Source: Monocercomonoides exilis PA203
Taxonomy: Eukaryota; Protista; Preaxostyla
DNA: 64,000 bases
Reading direction: 5' to 3'
Assembly: GCA_001643675.2 (NCBI GenBank)
Contig: LSRY02000026.1
Coordinates: 310,001-374,000 of the forward strand
Part shown: positions 37,685-50,959 of the stretch, in pieces
How positions within the stretch are numbered: position 1 is the stretch's first letter
Layout: every line of letters starts with the position of its first letter
Translations under genes and position numbers: made by a program
The notes under the pieces: generated by a model
The model's database searches: none
What the model saw: the letters and a program-made list of their open reading frames with translations, nothing else
What the model was told of the DNA's origin: nothing

Positions 37685-40600
37685 ATGAAAAGATCGATTC
37701 TTTATTTAAGACCAACAAATACGAAATATAGGATGATGATCATGGAAGGAAAAGTGTTTTCTGAATTGTCAAGTTCCAGGAAAAGTGAAAAGTGCAGCAA
37801 ATCATGGAAATTTTTGGAAGAACAGTCATACGGAGACCCTGTTATTTTGATGGAATACATGTTTCAACATACAAATAAAGGAAAAAAGTTGTTTCCTCAA
37901 ATTCAGAAGATATTCAATGGTTTTTCGTTTTCTGTTACTGTATTCTTTATTTGAACAATAATCTTTCAATCTCTTTCAACAGACAAAAACAAATATGTTG
38001 TTATGAGGCTGGCATCTGTTTACAATAATAAACTCAATGTTCATTCAAAAGTTTCTATTCTCAAATGTTTATGCCACGAATTCAGCTATCAGCAGCTTCT
38101 TATGTTTGGATTTAACTGCACAATCGGAAGTTATAAACATGCAAAGCAAAACAGTTCTTCTGAAATTTTTGATATTCCATATCCAAATAAACCTCCTCTT
38201 CCACCCTCAAAATCAAGTTTGGGTTCATTTTTAAATAAAACAGTTTATTTTCACCTTAATTTTTTGATGGATAAACCAAGAGCTCAGCAAAACAGACGAG
38301 GAAAAATTCTTGAATTTTCTGATAGAAAACTCAACTGAATCTTCGGAAGGTTCGAGACGGACAGTTCAATTAAACGAATGTTTGCTTTATTCTTTCATAT
38401 GAAACAAATTGAATTTCAAATTAATTCGGAAAAGGCTAAATGGATTGTGAAGATGATGATTTTTCAATTTTAAATTCAGATGATTGCATGGAGGAAGATA
38501 TCGACCCTCTGAAAAACTATTTTCAAAGTGATCATATTGAAGATTTGGACTTTGGGTCTCCTGAAATAGAAATAAATGATATCAATTCACCCACGTTTAA
38601 TAACATTCATCAAGGAATCGATCAATGGATTGACCGCGAATGCAGGACACATCAGCAAATCAAAGGATCAATTTTAAATGGTGGGGCATTTTATTTCAGA
38701 TCATCAGACATTGATTATTTAAACAATTTAAATGATGTTAATGAAGGAGACATTGAAATGGAATCTATCGACGAAGATTTGACTCATTCATCATTCAAAG
38801 ATATCATTAGCATTCGTGGTTCAAATGGTGATGATCGGGATCAATGCCTCAATCCATCAAAAGATCAATCAATTGAACAGAATTCAGCGCAGACAAGCTG
38901 TTATCCATTACAAAATTTTGGGAATACATGTTATTTGGCTTCTTTAATTCAAGTGTTCAGATCAATATATCAATTTTTTGATCACTTCGAAGTAAAAAAT
39001 GTATCAAAGAATTCATATTTTGACAACTTAATTCAACTTGTTTCGACCTTCAAAAGCAATAAATGCGGTTTCAACTCAAACATCAACTCAAAATGGACAC
39101 TGTCATTTGTCAAACAATGGGAAAATGAACACTGTTTTTCAAGAGGAAATCAGCAAGAATTCTATGAGGCATTTCTGAATATCTACAGTGATTTATCATA
39201 TACAACTCCAGACCTTTCAAAAGAAATGTGTGTTCAGATTAATTTCCCCAAAAAGTGCTCAGTTTGTGGCAGTTTTTCATTTGGTTTTTCAGAAACCTCT
39301 CCAATTATTCGTTTGAATGGTGATAATATTATCAAATCATTGAACAAATCTTTTCAATTTAGCACATCAAATCATAACAATAGAGATGCATTTTGCGAAA
39401 AATGCAAACACAACACAAATCATTTGGCAATTTTAAATATCATTCAGTTTCCAAATATTTTGGCCATTTCACTTGAACCTCTAAATAACAACAGAGAAAA
39501 CACGTTGAATGTTCCTTTTTGTTTGTCATTTTCAAATGAAATGGAGGGATTGAAATGTGGTGATTGTCATGTTGAAGGAGCTTGTAACTTCAGTTTGATT
39601 TCTGTATTGTTCTTTCAAGGGAATAATGAATCTGGACATTTTTTCTCTTTGTGCTTGAATCAAAAAGAGGGCAACGTTCATTTGTCGAATGATGAATGGT
39701 TATTATGCAACGATGAAAATATTTCGGTGGTTGGACAAAATGTGCAATCTGAAATAAATAGACAAATAAATGGTGGTTCTCGTCCATTTTTATTTGTCTA
39801 CGTTCGTAACAATAAACAGCGCTTCAATAATCTTCAGAATCCATTCTCCCCCGACTTATTTAACATTGGACGCGATATTTTCATGTCTCAAAATCATCAC
39901 GACGATATCAGAATTAATTCGTTAAAGAAACAGACAACAAATAACATGAAGAACAGTGAAGATGAAGGAACAAATTCTTTATGTCTATCATCAACGACAA
40001 ATTACATATCATCACCTTCACGTTTCACTTCAATTTCTTCAAACATTTCAAACAACACTCCTCATGCAAATGACTCAATTTCTTCATCAATTCAACAATA
40101 TTCAGCCACTTCATTGCATCAGCCAATTCATTCAAAACAACGCACTTTCTTTAATAATACAACATCTTAATTGGAAACTAGAAATTGTTTCAAACGAAGA
40201 AACTCCTCAATCAAAAAGAACTTCACACAGAATCATCAAAAGCAGATTGATTTTCAAATGAAAAAACCTCCGACTCGAATAATAAACATGACTAAAGCCA
40301 AGTTGTTTGAAAAATTTAAAGAAACCCACATAAAAATGTCCAAAAGCACTTTCTATAAAAAAACCAAACATCTTAAGCAGGCTAAGCGTCGAACAGATTT
40401 ATGCCATTTATGCATAATGTATTCCTCTCTTCAAAAGAAACGAAACAACCTCAAATCAAAGAATTCTAATCTTTCAGAAAAAGAAAAGGAGACAATGCAA
40501 CTTATTGAAGATCATCGACTTCTTGCATCTCATCAGCAAAGTCACTTCAGATTTTTGAAGAACGACTTAACTCCTAACGAAGCATTAATTTTATTTGACT

Positions 40601-41501
40601 TTAAAGAAAATTGGACTTTTCCAATTCGGAGAAATCAACTGAGCAAAGATTTCTATTCCAAAGAAAGTGCATCTCACTTTTGTGTAATTGTTTATGTTTT
40701 GGACGATAAAAATAACAGAACAAAACACGTTTTCAATTTCTTTTCGAAGATTCTCACTCATGATTATCGATTCACCATTGAGTGTTCGCAAATCGTTCTT
40801 TCATTGCCAATGCTTCAACAAAAAAACACATTTCATTTCATGTGTGACACTGGGCCACACTTTCGCAATTCACAACTCCTTCATTTCCTTTTGTCTAATA
40901 ATTCTTCATTTGCAAAAAATAAAACCACCACTTTATCATTTTTTTGTGAAAAACATGGTAAATGTGAGTGTGACGGGGAGTTCGGGAGTTTGACACGTCT
41001 GCTAAATTACGAATTGAACAATGATATCTCAATAAATAATATAGATGAACTAATTAATTTTTTCAATAAGATCACCCACAACTCTCATTCACTGAATGAT
41101 TTTGACGTTAATGAACAAAAAAATACATATCGGTATTTTTTAAGGTTGTTATATTTTTTTATTTTTTCTTTTGATGATTGTTGATCTTTTTTCATTTATT
41201 AATAACATATTTTTTCAGGTACAACGCTTCCAATAAAATTCTTTGGAAAAAGCTGAAGGCAGATGCTGTGAAAACCTTCTTATTTTACGAAAAGCGAAAT
41301 GAAAATATTTACAGATCTGTTGCTTCTCCATCGAATTCAAGAGGGGATGTCAAGATGAATTTTAAAGAGGAAAGGGTGAGAGATGAAAAAAATAAAAAAC
41401 AATTTTCAATTCGTGAGTCTGTTCCACAAGTTGAGTTAATTGGAAGCAATACGTTAAAATTGTTCACTGAAAGAAAAAAACATTGTTGTTTATTGAATTA
41501 G
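37685..41501 (+). CDS. Sola-like DDD transposase with an in-line USP (peptidase C19) domain; spliced, one in-frame TAA
   Basis: USP Cys box LQNFGNTCYLASLIQ, QQE, two CxxC, His box GNNESGHF and WLLCND in 38440-40170. TAA 40168-40170 is followed in the same frame by DLCHLC, FDFKENW, CDTGPHFRN and HGKCECDGEFG. Introns predicted at 37920-37982 and 41145-41218. The join between 38338 and 38440 is unresolved. Confidence 0.75.
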
Positions 41502-41594
41502 TTTTACAAAAGTTTTTTGATTTGTTGTTTTCTGCTTTCAAATAATTTTGTCTTTGTTTCGAAAATGAACTTTTCAAGTTGTTTGTTGCTCAAG

Positions 41595-41760
41595 CTTCAA
41601 TTTTTTTGGAAAAATATTCCAAAAAAATTGAAGTACCCCGGATTTTTTTTGTTGTGTGCAGAAAATGAAGGGGCTAGGCTGATTCCGTCCTGGGACTGTG
41701 CTGTGACCGGTCCAGCACAGTCCCTTGAAGGCTTTGGGTCCAGAATCAGCCTCCCAGGGC
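41595..41760. other. Structured island 3' of the transposase
   Basis: 17-bp perfect hairpin at 41595-41633. Stems aggctgattc/gaatcagcct (10 bp) and gggactgtgctg/cagcacagtccc (12 bp). Confidence 0.6.
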
Positions 41761-44700
41761 AAACGCTTGATAAGACATTTTTGAACCAATTCAAAATTAA
41801 ATGAAAGTTTATTATTTGATATTTTTGAGTTGTTTTTATATAAACTTTTTCGGCCGAAATTTATGTAAAATTATTTTAGTGTTCATTTCATTCCAAAAAT
41901 TTTTGAAATATGTATTTTTCGAAAGTTTTGGAGATATTGTTCATTCAAAAATAAAATTACTATTATGAGAATGTGATTTCTTATTTTTTAAAAAAAAGAA
42001 AAAAAACATATGATGAATGCATGTGAATATAAGAAAATACGTTCTCAGAAGGGCTTTTACTGCTTCATTAATATTTAGAATGTTCAAAATTATATATTTA
42101 ATTTTTTAATTATCATAATTTTTGTTTATTGATTCATTGCTCTTTTTTTGTTATAGATCTGTGTCGCACTCCCAAATTCTTCACATTCAGAAACGGTATT
42201 GTAACTTCTGGGTAATTTCATTGAATCTTCTGCTTCATTTTCAAAGTAATGATGAACTTCTTGAACTCACGCAGTTTATAATTCCATGCCATCGTGAAAC
42301 ATAATCAGAAACTGTTTTCATCAATTGATCGGAACATTTAGAGTTTCAAACTGTTTTGAAATCATTTTCACACGCCAAAACTTGAAACAAATAATAACCC
42401 TGGTTTGAGTTACTTTTGTTATGTTTGTTGCGAAATGAGAAATCAAAAGAAAGGATTGTGTAATTGGCTGACAAGAACGTGAAACAGCGGTGTAAAGAAA
42501 ATTGTATTTTTTTTCAAATTATTTCCTTTTTCCGAACGATGAAATTCAGAAAAAGAGAAATGTTTTTTGCGTCACAGAAATTGCACATTGTTCCGTGGAC
42601 AATTATGTTATTCCAAGATATTTATGGCATGAATGCTTTCGCTGAATTATAATTTGTTTGTGAACACATTTCTGAAGAATATGTTCTGAAACAAAACAAA
42701 TATTTGATAAGAGCATCATATATTGCACAGATATAACTTATGAAAAATTCACTATCAAGCGTTTGGGTTTGCAAAAAATAAATATTGAAAAGTTAAAAAA
42801 CAAAGAACAAACTGAATTAATATTGAAAACAAGCAATTATTTTTTCATCGAACTGCTTCTTCAATGCTATTTTTGAATATAATGTGACTATCAATTCTTC
42901 ACTTAAACAATGTCGAATGTTTTATCATGATCAGAATAATAATTGCTGAAATTATTATGAGAAAACGTTAGATAATGTTTTTTCTCTTTTCATTTTTATC
43001 ACGAAAATATTATTATCACCTTAAGTTAAACAGAAGTGTCAATAAAAATGATGGAATGATATGATTATTTTGTGAAATGAGCAAAAAAATTCCTTTGTGT
43101 TTCAAAATAGCTAATGCCCACTCAAAAAATATTAAAAAAACTATTTTTAACATAAAATCTTTTTTTAATTGTTGTTATTTTTGAAAATTAAACAATTTAT
43201 CGAAACATGAAAAATGACCGAAATTTTTAATTGAGCTTTCATGCTTTCAAAAATAATGACCCATATGTGTATTTTTTTTTTTTTTTTTTGAAAAGTCACA
43301 AAATATTAATTGATCTGAATATGAGATCACGAATGAATAGAAAATGATGATCATTCCGTTACCATCATTTATTGCTGAATATTATTCTTTTCAGTTTTGT
43401 CACGCATATCCCCAACAATTTCGTTTCAATTAAACACATTTCACATATCATTTTCACTGTTAAGTCATATTTATGATATAAAATATAATTTATCTCGTTT
43501 TTTGAAGCAACTGAACAATTTGTTCAAATTTCTTTGTTTTCATTTCAATTGTTCAAATCAACGTTTTAATTTTTTGAATGGAGTCTTCTTTTTGAATATT
43601 TTCTTATGTTGAAAAACAAATAGATTATAACTTGCTTTTATTTGAATATTTTGAAAAGAAATTATTTAACTAGAAAATTTCATCGATACTGTTTTCATTG
43701 TTTTATAAGAAATTCAAAAAGCTGTAAACACTGAGCTGTTGTTAATTTTATAATAAATAAATATATTACAACATACAATTTCTCTTATAAAACGTCTTTT
43801 TTTAAAAATGTTAGGAAAATGGCATCTCAAGTTTTGAATCAAACCACGAATCATACCTTAAATAGCATTCAACTTCTCATTTGCTATTTTGCACATCCAT
43901 TTCTTCTCATTTCAACGCCCTTCCAAAAAAACATGTTGAAACTTTTCCATTTGATCAAAAAAGATGAGATTTCTGTGATGATTGATGTTTCTAAATTGAA
44001 CATAGATCAAGTGTTTGTGACACGGAAGGCGCTGCAATTGTGTGCGATGTGTTGTCTCAAAAAGTTTCTAAAAGCTGATACAGTGAAGCGTTCGTCTCTT
44101 CTTTCAGCGCAATTAAAATTCAACATCTCTTTTAACTTCAGCAGAGCAACAGTCTAATCCACTCTTCCAATGTGGAAGAAGCAAAGAGATAAAGTCGGCA
44201 GCGTATGAGCAACCGTCATTATCGGAGCTTGTGATTGGCCCTTCAGATGTGTCGGCTGTGGCTGCGTCATACACATCGGCAGGAGCGATGGATGACAACG
44301 AGATGCGGCTGGGGCATTTGCGCGGAGGGGGTACTGTATGGGGGTGTTGTGTGTGCATACGATGTTGCGCTTTCGGCTATGCTTTCGGTTCTGCTGGTGG
44401 CGCAGCTTCCGTCGCTTGTAGTGTCGGTGGGAATGAAATTTGAAACTAAGTATCTTTTCTGCAGTGAATGTGAATGCGTTCTCGGAAGTTATAATCCGTA
44501 TGTCCCTTCGCTGCTTCCGTCTGCGATGGTGTTGACGGAGTTTGTATCACCACAGCCGATGCGTTTTATAACAAAAATAGACGACGAGGCGATTGGGCAA
44601 GGGATTGCAGAATCTTGTGTGAAAAAGAAGCTGATGAGAAAACGATGGAGAAGGTGGGATTGAAAATTGAAGACGTAGTTCTGTCACCAGCAGCGATTGC

Positions 44701-47131
44701 GCTGGCAGCGCTGGAGAAGCTGGATGAGGCAGAGGAAGGCGATGGAGAAGGCTGTGTTGAGATAAGGAGAAGGAAGAAGAAGAAGAAAAACACTGAGGGA
44801 GAGAGAGAGGTGATGGGAATGAAGAGAAAGGCGGGTATGCAACAGCGTCTAGAGAGTTTGTGGAAAGTTTTAAAGAAAATCAGGGGAAGCTTGAAGAACC
44901 AATGGCGAAGCCAGAGGTTTAGATTCTCTGAAGTGCGCCAGTCACAGAAGTTGTATTCTTCATTTTCTTCACATCCCCGATGAATCATACTTGTCTTCAC
45001 AGTGAAGGTGAGAATGTGAGAACAGAAGCCCAATAGGTTCTTGAGGACAATTTCAATGAAAATTGAGATTGGTGCGAAGAACGATGTACAGCTGTTAAAA
45101 AGCTTGATAATAAGCTTTGTAATGAACGAGGAGTGAGGCAAAGACATGTGCGAATAACATAGAAAAAACTATTTGTTCGATTTTGAATTAGAGGAAGAGT
45201 AAATAGACGATTACGCTGATGATGAAGGAGATGAAAACAATGAAGACGATAAGGAAAGCGGTTTTTGGGATGAATACAAAAATTTTCGAGGAGAAAAGGT
45301 TCAGCCAGCACTTCGTTGACACATCAAAAGAATTGCAGATAACAGTGAGAAAGTGATGAAGAAGAGAGAAAAGGATGATAATGAAAAAAGAGAAGCCTAA
45401 AACGAAGAAAAGGAAATGAAAAGAAGCTCAATCTGAAAAAGAATGATTGCGATGAATCAGATGATGATGATGATAGACGCCCCAGTAACAGCAAAAACAA
45501 CAAAGAAGAAGATGATGATTATAAAGATGATGATGATAATGAAAACAACATGAGAAACCGTTGACGAATTATAAAAAAGGAGGAAAGCCCAATCCAATGA
45601 ACGATCATCCTGCTAACCCACATTTGTTCTGATACGGCTTCAAGATTGCCTTCTGTTGGGGCATTCACAACCGCCTGACTTGTCTCAGTCATTTTCTGAC
45701 AAGTGACTTTTTTTTATCAGCGGCTCTTTGGTGGGTTGTTCCTGTGCATTCGATCGTTCAACATATCGCCTTCATCTTTGTCCAAAGGCAAAAGAAAAGT
45801 AGCTTCCATGTTGCATCCTTCACTCTACGCCAGTTAGCTCTTCTTCCAATCCAATATAGTCATTAATATACTCCACCACAACGTCAGTAGCATCTCGGTG
45901 TTTAACAATCGGCTCGAACAATGTTCTGGCGTTCGTTTTCCAAAGCCATCTTTTAAATCTTCCACTCTTCCGCTCTTAGCCACTACTGCTGAGCCAAAAT
46001 CCTTCGCTGAAGGAGACCAGAGAAACCAGACTAATCTGCTGGACTCACAGTTTTCCTGATGAAAAGCTGAAGTTCGTATTCAAAGCAGGGCATAAATTTA
46101 TCTGTATGAAGATCCTAATCTCAAGAACTTGTTTCCCTTCAATTTGATCCACTCTTTAATATTTCCTTTTTTCACAGAAGGCCTTTCGATTCTCCGATTG
46201 AAATGAACAGTTCAACGACTGATACGCTTGCCTGAGTGCCATTGTGCTTGGAGATTCCGCAAGATGACATTCTCTATCTGCCCGTGCATGGTGTGATGCC
46301 TGAAAAGAAGAAAAGTTATGTGATGATGCTGAAAAAGGAAATCAAGAACAGAAAGAAAGAAGAGAGAAAAGGAAGATGAAGAAGAGCAGGCAAAGAAGTT
46401 GAGCAAAAATGGCTGTACTGCATGTTAGCAAAAGGTCTGTACCAACAGAAGAAGAAGATGAAGAAGTCCTCCCTCTTTCCAAGCCACTTGTTGTGCGCAG
46501 AAAATACTGAAAAAGCAACCAATGGTGATGATGAACAAAATCTACGTTCAAATAACTACAATCGCTTTAGTCGTTCAGATGGACATGCGGATTCTATGTT
46601 GTGATATGCTGAATGAGACGTTTTCGCAGACGGTGAGCGAGTTCTCGTTCATGTTGAAGGCATACGCACTTCTGAGCGGAACGAAGATAGAAATGAATGA
46701 ATGGAAATAAAATGAATAGTGTTGAACAGTGAAAAGAAAGAGAGGATCAAGGAGGTGGAGGAGAAATCACAAGTGGATGAGGAGAAATATCACATGGAGA
46801 AACTCATGACAGCAGCTCAAGTCGCGCGGAGGTGAAGAATTTCATGTTAAATCCAAAAGGCCCAGAACTTTCCATGTGCAGAAGTCGAATGCTTTGCTCC
46901 CTTGTTCCATTACGTTCCAGATGAAGTTCTTCACATTCCCCATTTTTATTATTAGACTTGTTGAAGTGAAAATGAAAACTTGGACGAGTGGGACAGACGA
47001 ACAAGGAGGTGGTAGCAGAAAAAGGCAGCACAGAGGATGAGATAAAGCTGATGAGGATAACACGAGGGAAGCCAAAACTGATTCGATGTGTGGAGCCATT
47101 GTTTGAATTGGAGAACTTTGGACAGAGCATA

Positions 47132-47430
47132 GAAGATGAAGAAGATGAAGAGGATGAAGAGGATGAAGAGGATGAAGAGGAAAAAGAGGAAAAAGAGGAA
47201 AAAGAGGAGGAAGAAGAAGAATTTGAAGAGGAAGGAGAAGCAGGAGAAGAAGAAGAAGGAGGAGGAGGAAAAGGAGGAGGAAAAGAAGAAGAGGGAGAAG
47301 AGGAAGAAGAAGAAGAAATTGAAGAGGAAGAAGAAGAGAAAGAAGAAGAAGAATTTGAAAAGGAAGGAGAAGCAGGAGAAGAAGAAGGAGGAGGAGAGGG
47401 AGAAGAAGAAGGAAGAGAAGAAGATGATGC
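47132..47430. repeat. GAR-rich low-complexity tract (poly-Glu/Gly on +)
   Basis: Purine triplet repeats with an internal duplication of gaatttgaa(g/a)aggaaggagaagcaggagaagaagaa. Confidence 0.85.
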
Positions 47431-47499
47431 ATGACAATATATTGACTCCTCCTCTTTCCCTCTGCCGTATCATAGTTTTGTGACACAGCTCCACATGCT

Positions 47500-49977
47500 T
47501 CCGATCACACAGCTGCAGCCAAAAGTTGATTACATTTTCCATCTCGTTCTTCGCAGCTGCAGCCCCACTAGTTCCACAACAAACCCAATCATCCACAACA
47601 GTGCCCGCTGCCCTTCTTTCTTCTTATCAGCCTGCTGCATAGACTCCATCTGCCGTTTCTGAACCACATCCACACCTGCTCCTACCCTTGCCCCTGTTAA
47701 TATCACCGAAATCACCAGCCTCTGGCCATTTAGAGCCATCTTCAGCAACTTAAAATACAGGCTAACTGCCTTCTTAACCGTTCTTTTCATAAATGGATAC
47801 AGATATGCTCAAATTTCGGAGGAATAAAATATATCCTGATGCTTCGCGAACAGTGTGAAGAAATCGTTGCAATATCACGCCTCCAGCACCGACACAAATA
47901 ATTGCAAACAGCACCCAGACAGCATGCGCACATCCCGAAAGATCCATAGTAACAGCACGTGCTGTATCTGCGGAATGATCTCTCACAAAAGAGACAATTG
48001 CTGCGAATAAGTGATCCATCAACAAGATTCGTGAAATGATGATGATGAAAAAGTCAATGAATCGCATCAACGAATTTCATCATTCAGCGCAAAAATCACC
48101 TCCTTCCGCTTCGTTGCCTCTGTTCAGGTGTTATTCAACAGAAACCCTAGAAACACATTCACGTAGACCTCTCCCTTCTCCGAATGAAATCCCTCAGATA
48201 CCCCAAAAAATTTTTTGATTTTCTTCTCCGAAGCCTCTTTAACCACTGAATTGATTCACTTCAAAAACATCCTACACAAAATCATCAGAAAGATCTAGCT
48301 CTCTTCTGCAAGTGGCTTCAACTGAAAACCTTCAAATAACACTATGCAGTTGTCATGAAAACCACAACTTGTATTTTTTGCACTCCTCCCGCGCAAACTT
48401 CCCTAGCAACAACACATCCGCAAAGTCCTTTTGTAACAGCTCCACGACTTTGATCATCTTTTATAGTACTGCCTCGCTCTTCATCTGCGCTGCGTGCTTC
48501 ACCCTCAGCCACATGAACACAAAATACCCAAACCACTACCTCGGAACCACAACTCCAGCAAACACATCGATTCCATCTTCCAAGTCTGCTGCGATCTTGT
48601 CTCCGAATATCCCCAGAATCAACGTCAGCTTCCACACCAGCGACGATTTTTGCCCTATCTTCTGCTGATTCAACAAACGCTTCATCTGCACAGACGACTG
48701 CAACGTGATCGGTATCAAAAGCACATGCGCTGTTTTGAGCTCCACATGTTCCGTCGATTCAAACGCTGTGCTAATCATCCGCTCCATCAAGTAAGACTCC
48801 AGCAAAGGCACTGAACCGGCAACATTTTCCTCATCCTAACCTTCCTTCTCCCACAAAAGTTCCCTCATTCCATCTTCTCTTTCAGCTTCTTCGCCTTTTC
48901 AGTCAGATGCTCATCTGTCTCTTCACATGATGCCTTCATTTACTTCTTCTCCAACTTCTGTTGCACAAGCTCCGTCCGCAGCTTCTCAGTCATCTATTGA
49001 ACAACGCCTTCTGCATGTGTATCGTCTTTTCCTGCACTTTCGACAGCACCATTCTTTTCATATCTTTCGCTGATCCCAGATCTCGATCCCTCACTTCCAT
49101 CTCTGTCGAAACTCTTACCACCCACCGTTGTCTTCTTCCCACAATCCTCATCCTACTCTCGACTTTCACTGAAACCACCTTCATATTCAAGTTTGGTAAT
49201 AGTTTTGCAACGAGGCATTTTTTGAAGATTGCTGGAAGCTTCACATGGCATTTTTCACAAAACACAGAAGGCAAAATCAACAAAGAAGAAAACGAAATCA
49301 TCCCTCTTTCAGCTGAGGCCAATGATGAAGGCATAGCAAGCGTTACCACCAACACATCATTTTCAGCTTGCCGTACACATTCACCACCCCACTCTGCTGC
49401 TTCTGTTGCCTCTTAACGTTCTCAATCCTCACATCAATTAACTCCACCTTCTCCTTCATGGCCACCAGCTGCTCATGCAGTTTCTTCACTTCTGTGTTGT
49501 AATTCTCACTCAACTCCAGAATCTTCCTCTGCTGCATCCGGATGATCTTATCTTTCCCGTCCAACAGCTCCACTAGAACGCTCGTCCGCTTCGATGTCTT
49601 CTCTTCATCCCTTATGCCTCCAGTGCCTTCTCCAATTTCTTATCGATAGTTTCATCCTCTTCGCGCACTTCAACATCTTGCCTCACTTCGTCGTCCAGCT
49701 TCACTTCCACACGCCTCGACTGTTGCGATCACCAAATCTGCAGCGACATGTCAAACAGATCGTAGATCGACGTGAACGCATTCACTTCCTCCACAACAAA
49801 GATCTGCTTGCTCCCCGACATCGTGTCCATCGACGCTGCAAGCGAAGGAAGCAGAGTAATCAGCGGAAACGAAAACATCACCGATATCGCAGCATCGGAG
49901 GAATGTACAACACCCGAAGCAGCACAGCCCATCACGTCAAAACGTTCCTTGGCTGCAACAATGGAATTTCCGACATG
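47500..49977 (-). pseudogene. Decayed protein-coding gene of unknown function
   Basis: Raised GC and a chain of short minus-strand protein-like ORFs, including a coiled-coil-like segment at 49343-49573, broken by stops and frameshifts. Confidence 0.35.
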
Positions 49978-50959
49978 AACACACTAACTACCTCTTCCAC
50001 AATAGTTCAAAATTAACTTTTTATGTTGTACGCTTTTGATGCAGATACTTTTGACGCTGTTAATACCAAAGTATCTGAAACATCGTTTTTACTCAAAGAT
50101 GAGAAAAAAATAGTTATTTTTTATGTAAATAATTCAAAAATCTTTTTATGGAAAGATTATTTGTAGCATTTTTTTAGAATATGTTTTCATTTTATTCGTA
50201 CAACTTTGGAGATATTCTTATATTTGAAAGCTTTTTAATGTTGAATTCTTCAAAATCATAAATATGAATATAAATTACAAGAAATAATATGTTTAATCAT
50301 TCCTTTATTGGAAATTGAATAATGCAAAAGAGAGTTAGTCAATAAATAATAAAATAAGACGTATTTAAAAACGTTTGAATTGAAATAGTTAAAAATTATT
50401 TCATTTTTTTGTTCATCATGACCTACAACTAAAAAAATATTCACTAATACATATTCAACAATTAAACCAAATGTTTATATGAAATGAATCAAATTGAAAC
50501 TTAATACTTTATAATTAGTCAAATAAGCGAAAAATTGGAATAAATGACAATATAAGATGGGAACGGAATGATCAACATTTTCTGATCATTTGTGATCTGA
50601 TTTTCAGATCAATTAATATTTTGTGACTTTTCAAAAAAAAAAAAAAAATACATATATATATGCTATTTATCGCTTCAACAGTTTGAAACTTTTGAAATTC
50701 TTTTCATTTTTCATTTTTCGATCGATTTTTTAAAATATTTCAACGATATAATCATTCATATATTTCTGTTATGCAGACGGTTTTTTGTTAACGCTAAGTG
50801 CTTCTTCAATTTGAATATTCTTTGTATTTTCTTTAAGATAAGCTTTTTCAATGTATTTTTCATCTTCTCCTATGTATCTATTTCTACCTCCACACCACTG
50901 CATTCCTTTTTTCTGCTCGTTTATGCAACCAACTTCTTTCACCTTATACGATTTTCTTA

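Noticed and set aside
37579-41605. 14-bp inverted match aaaaattgaagctt as the transposase TIR
   Set aside because: Low complexity, does not extend, and has no TSD.
43819-45350. Zinc-finger gene (CSEC...LGSY)
   Set aside because: Fragmented ORFs with too little signal to name a product.
46842-47596. Poly-Leu, poly-Phe and poly-Lys ORFs
   Set aside because: These are alternative frames of a GAR-rich low-complexity tract.
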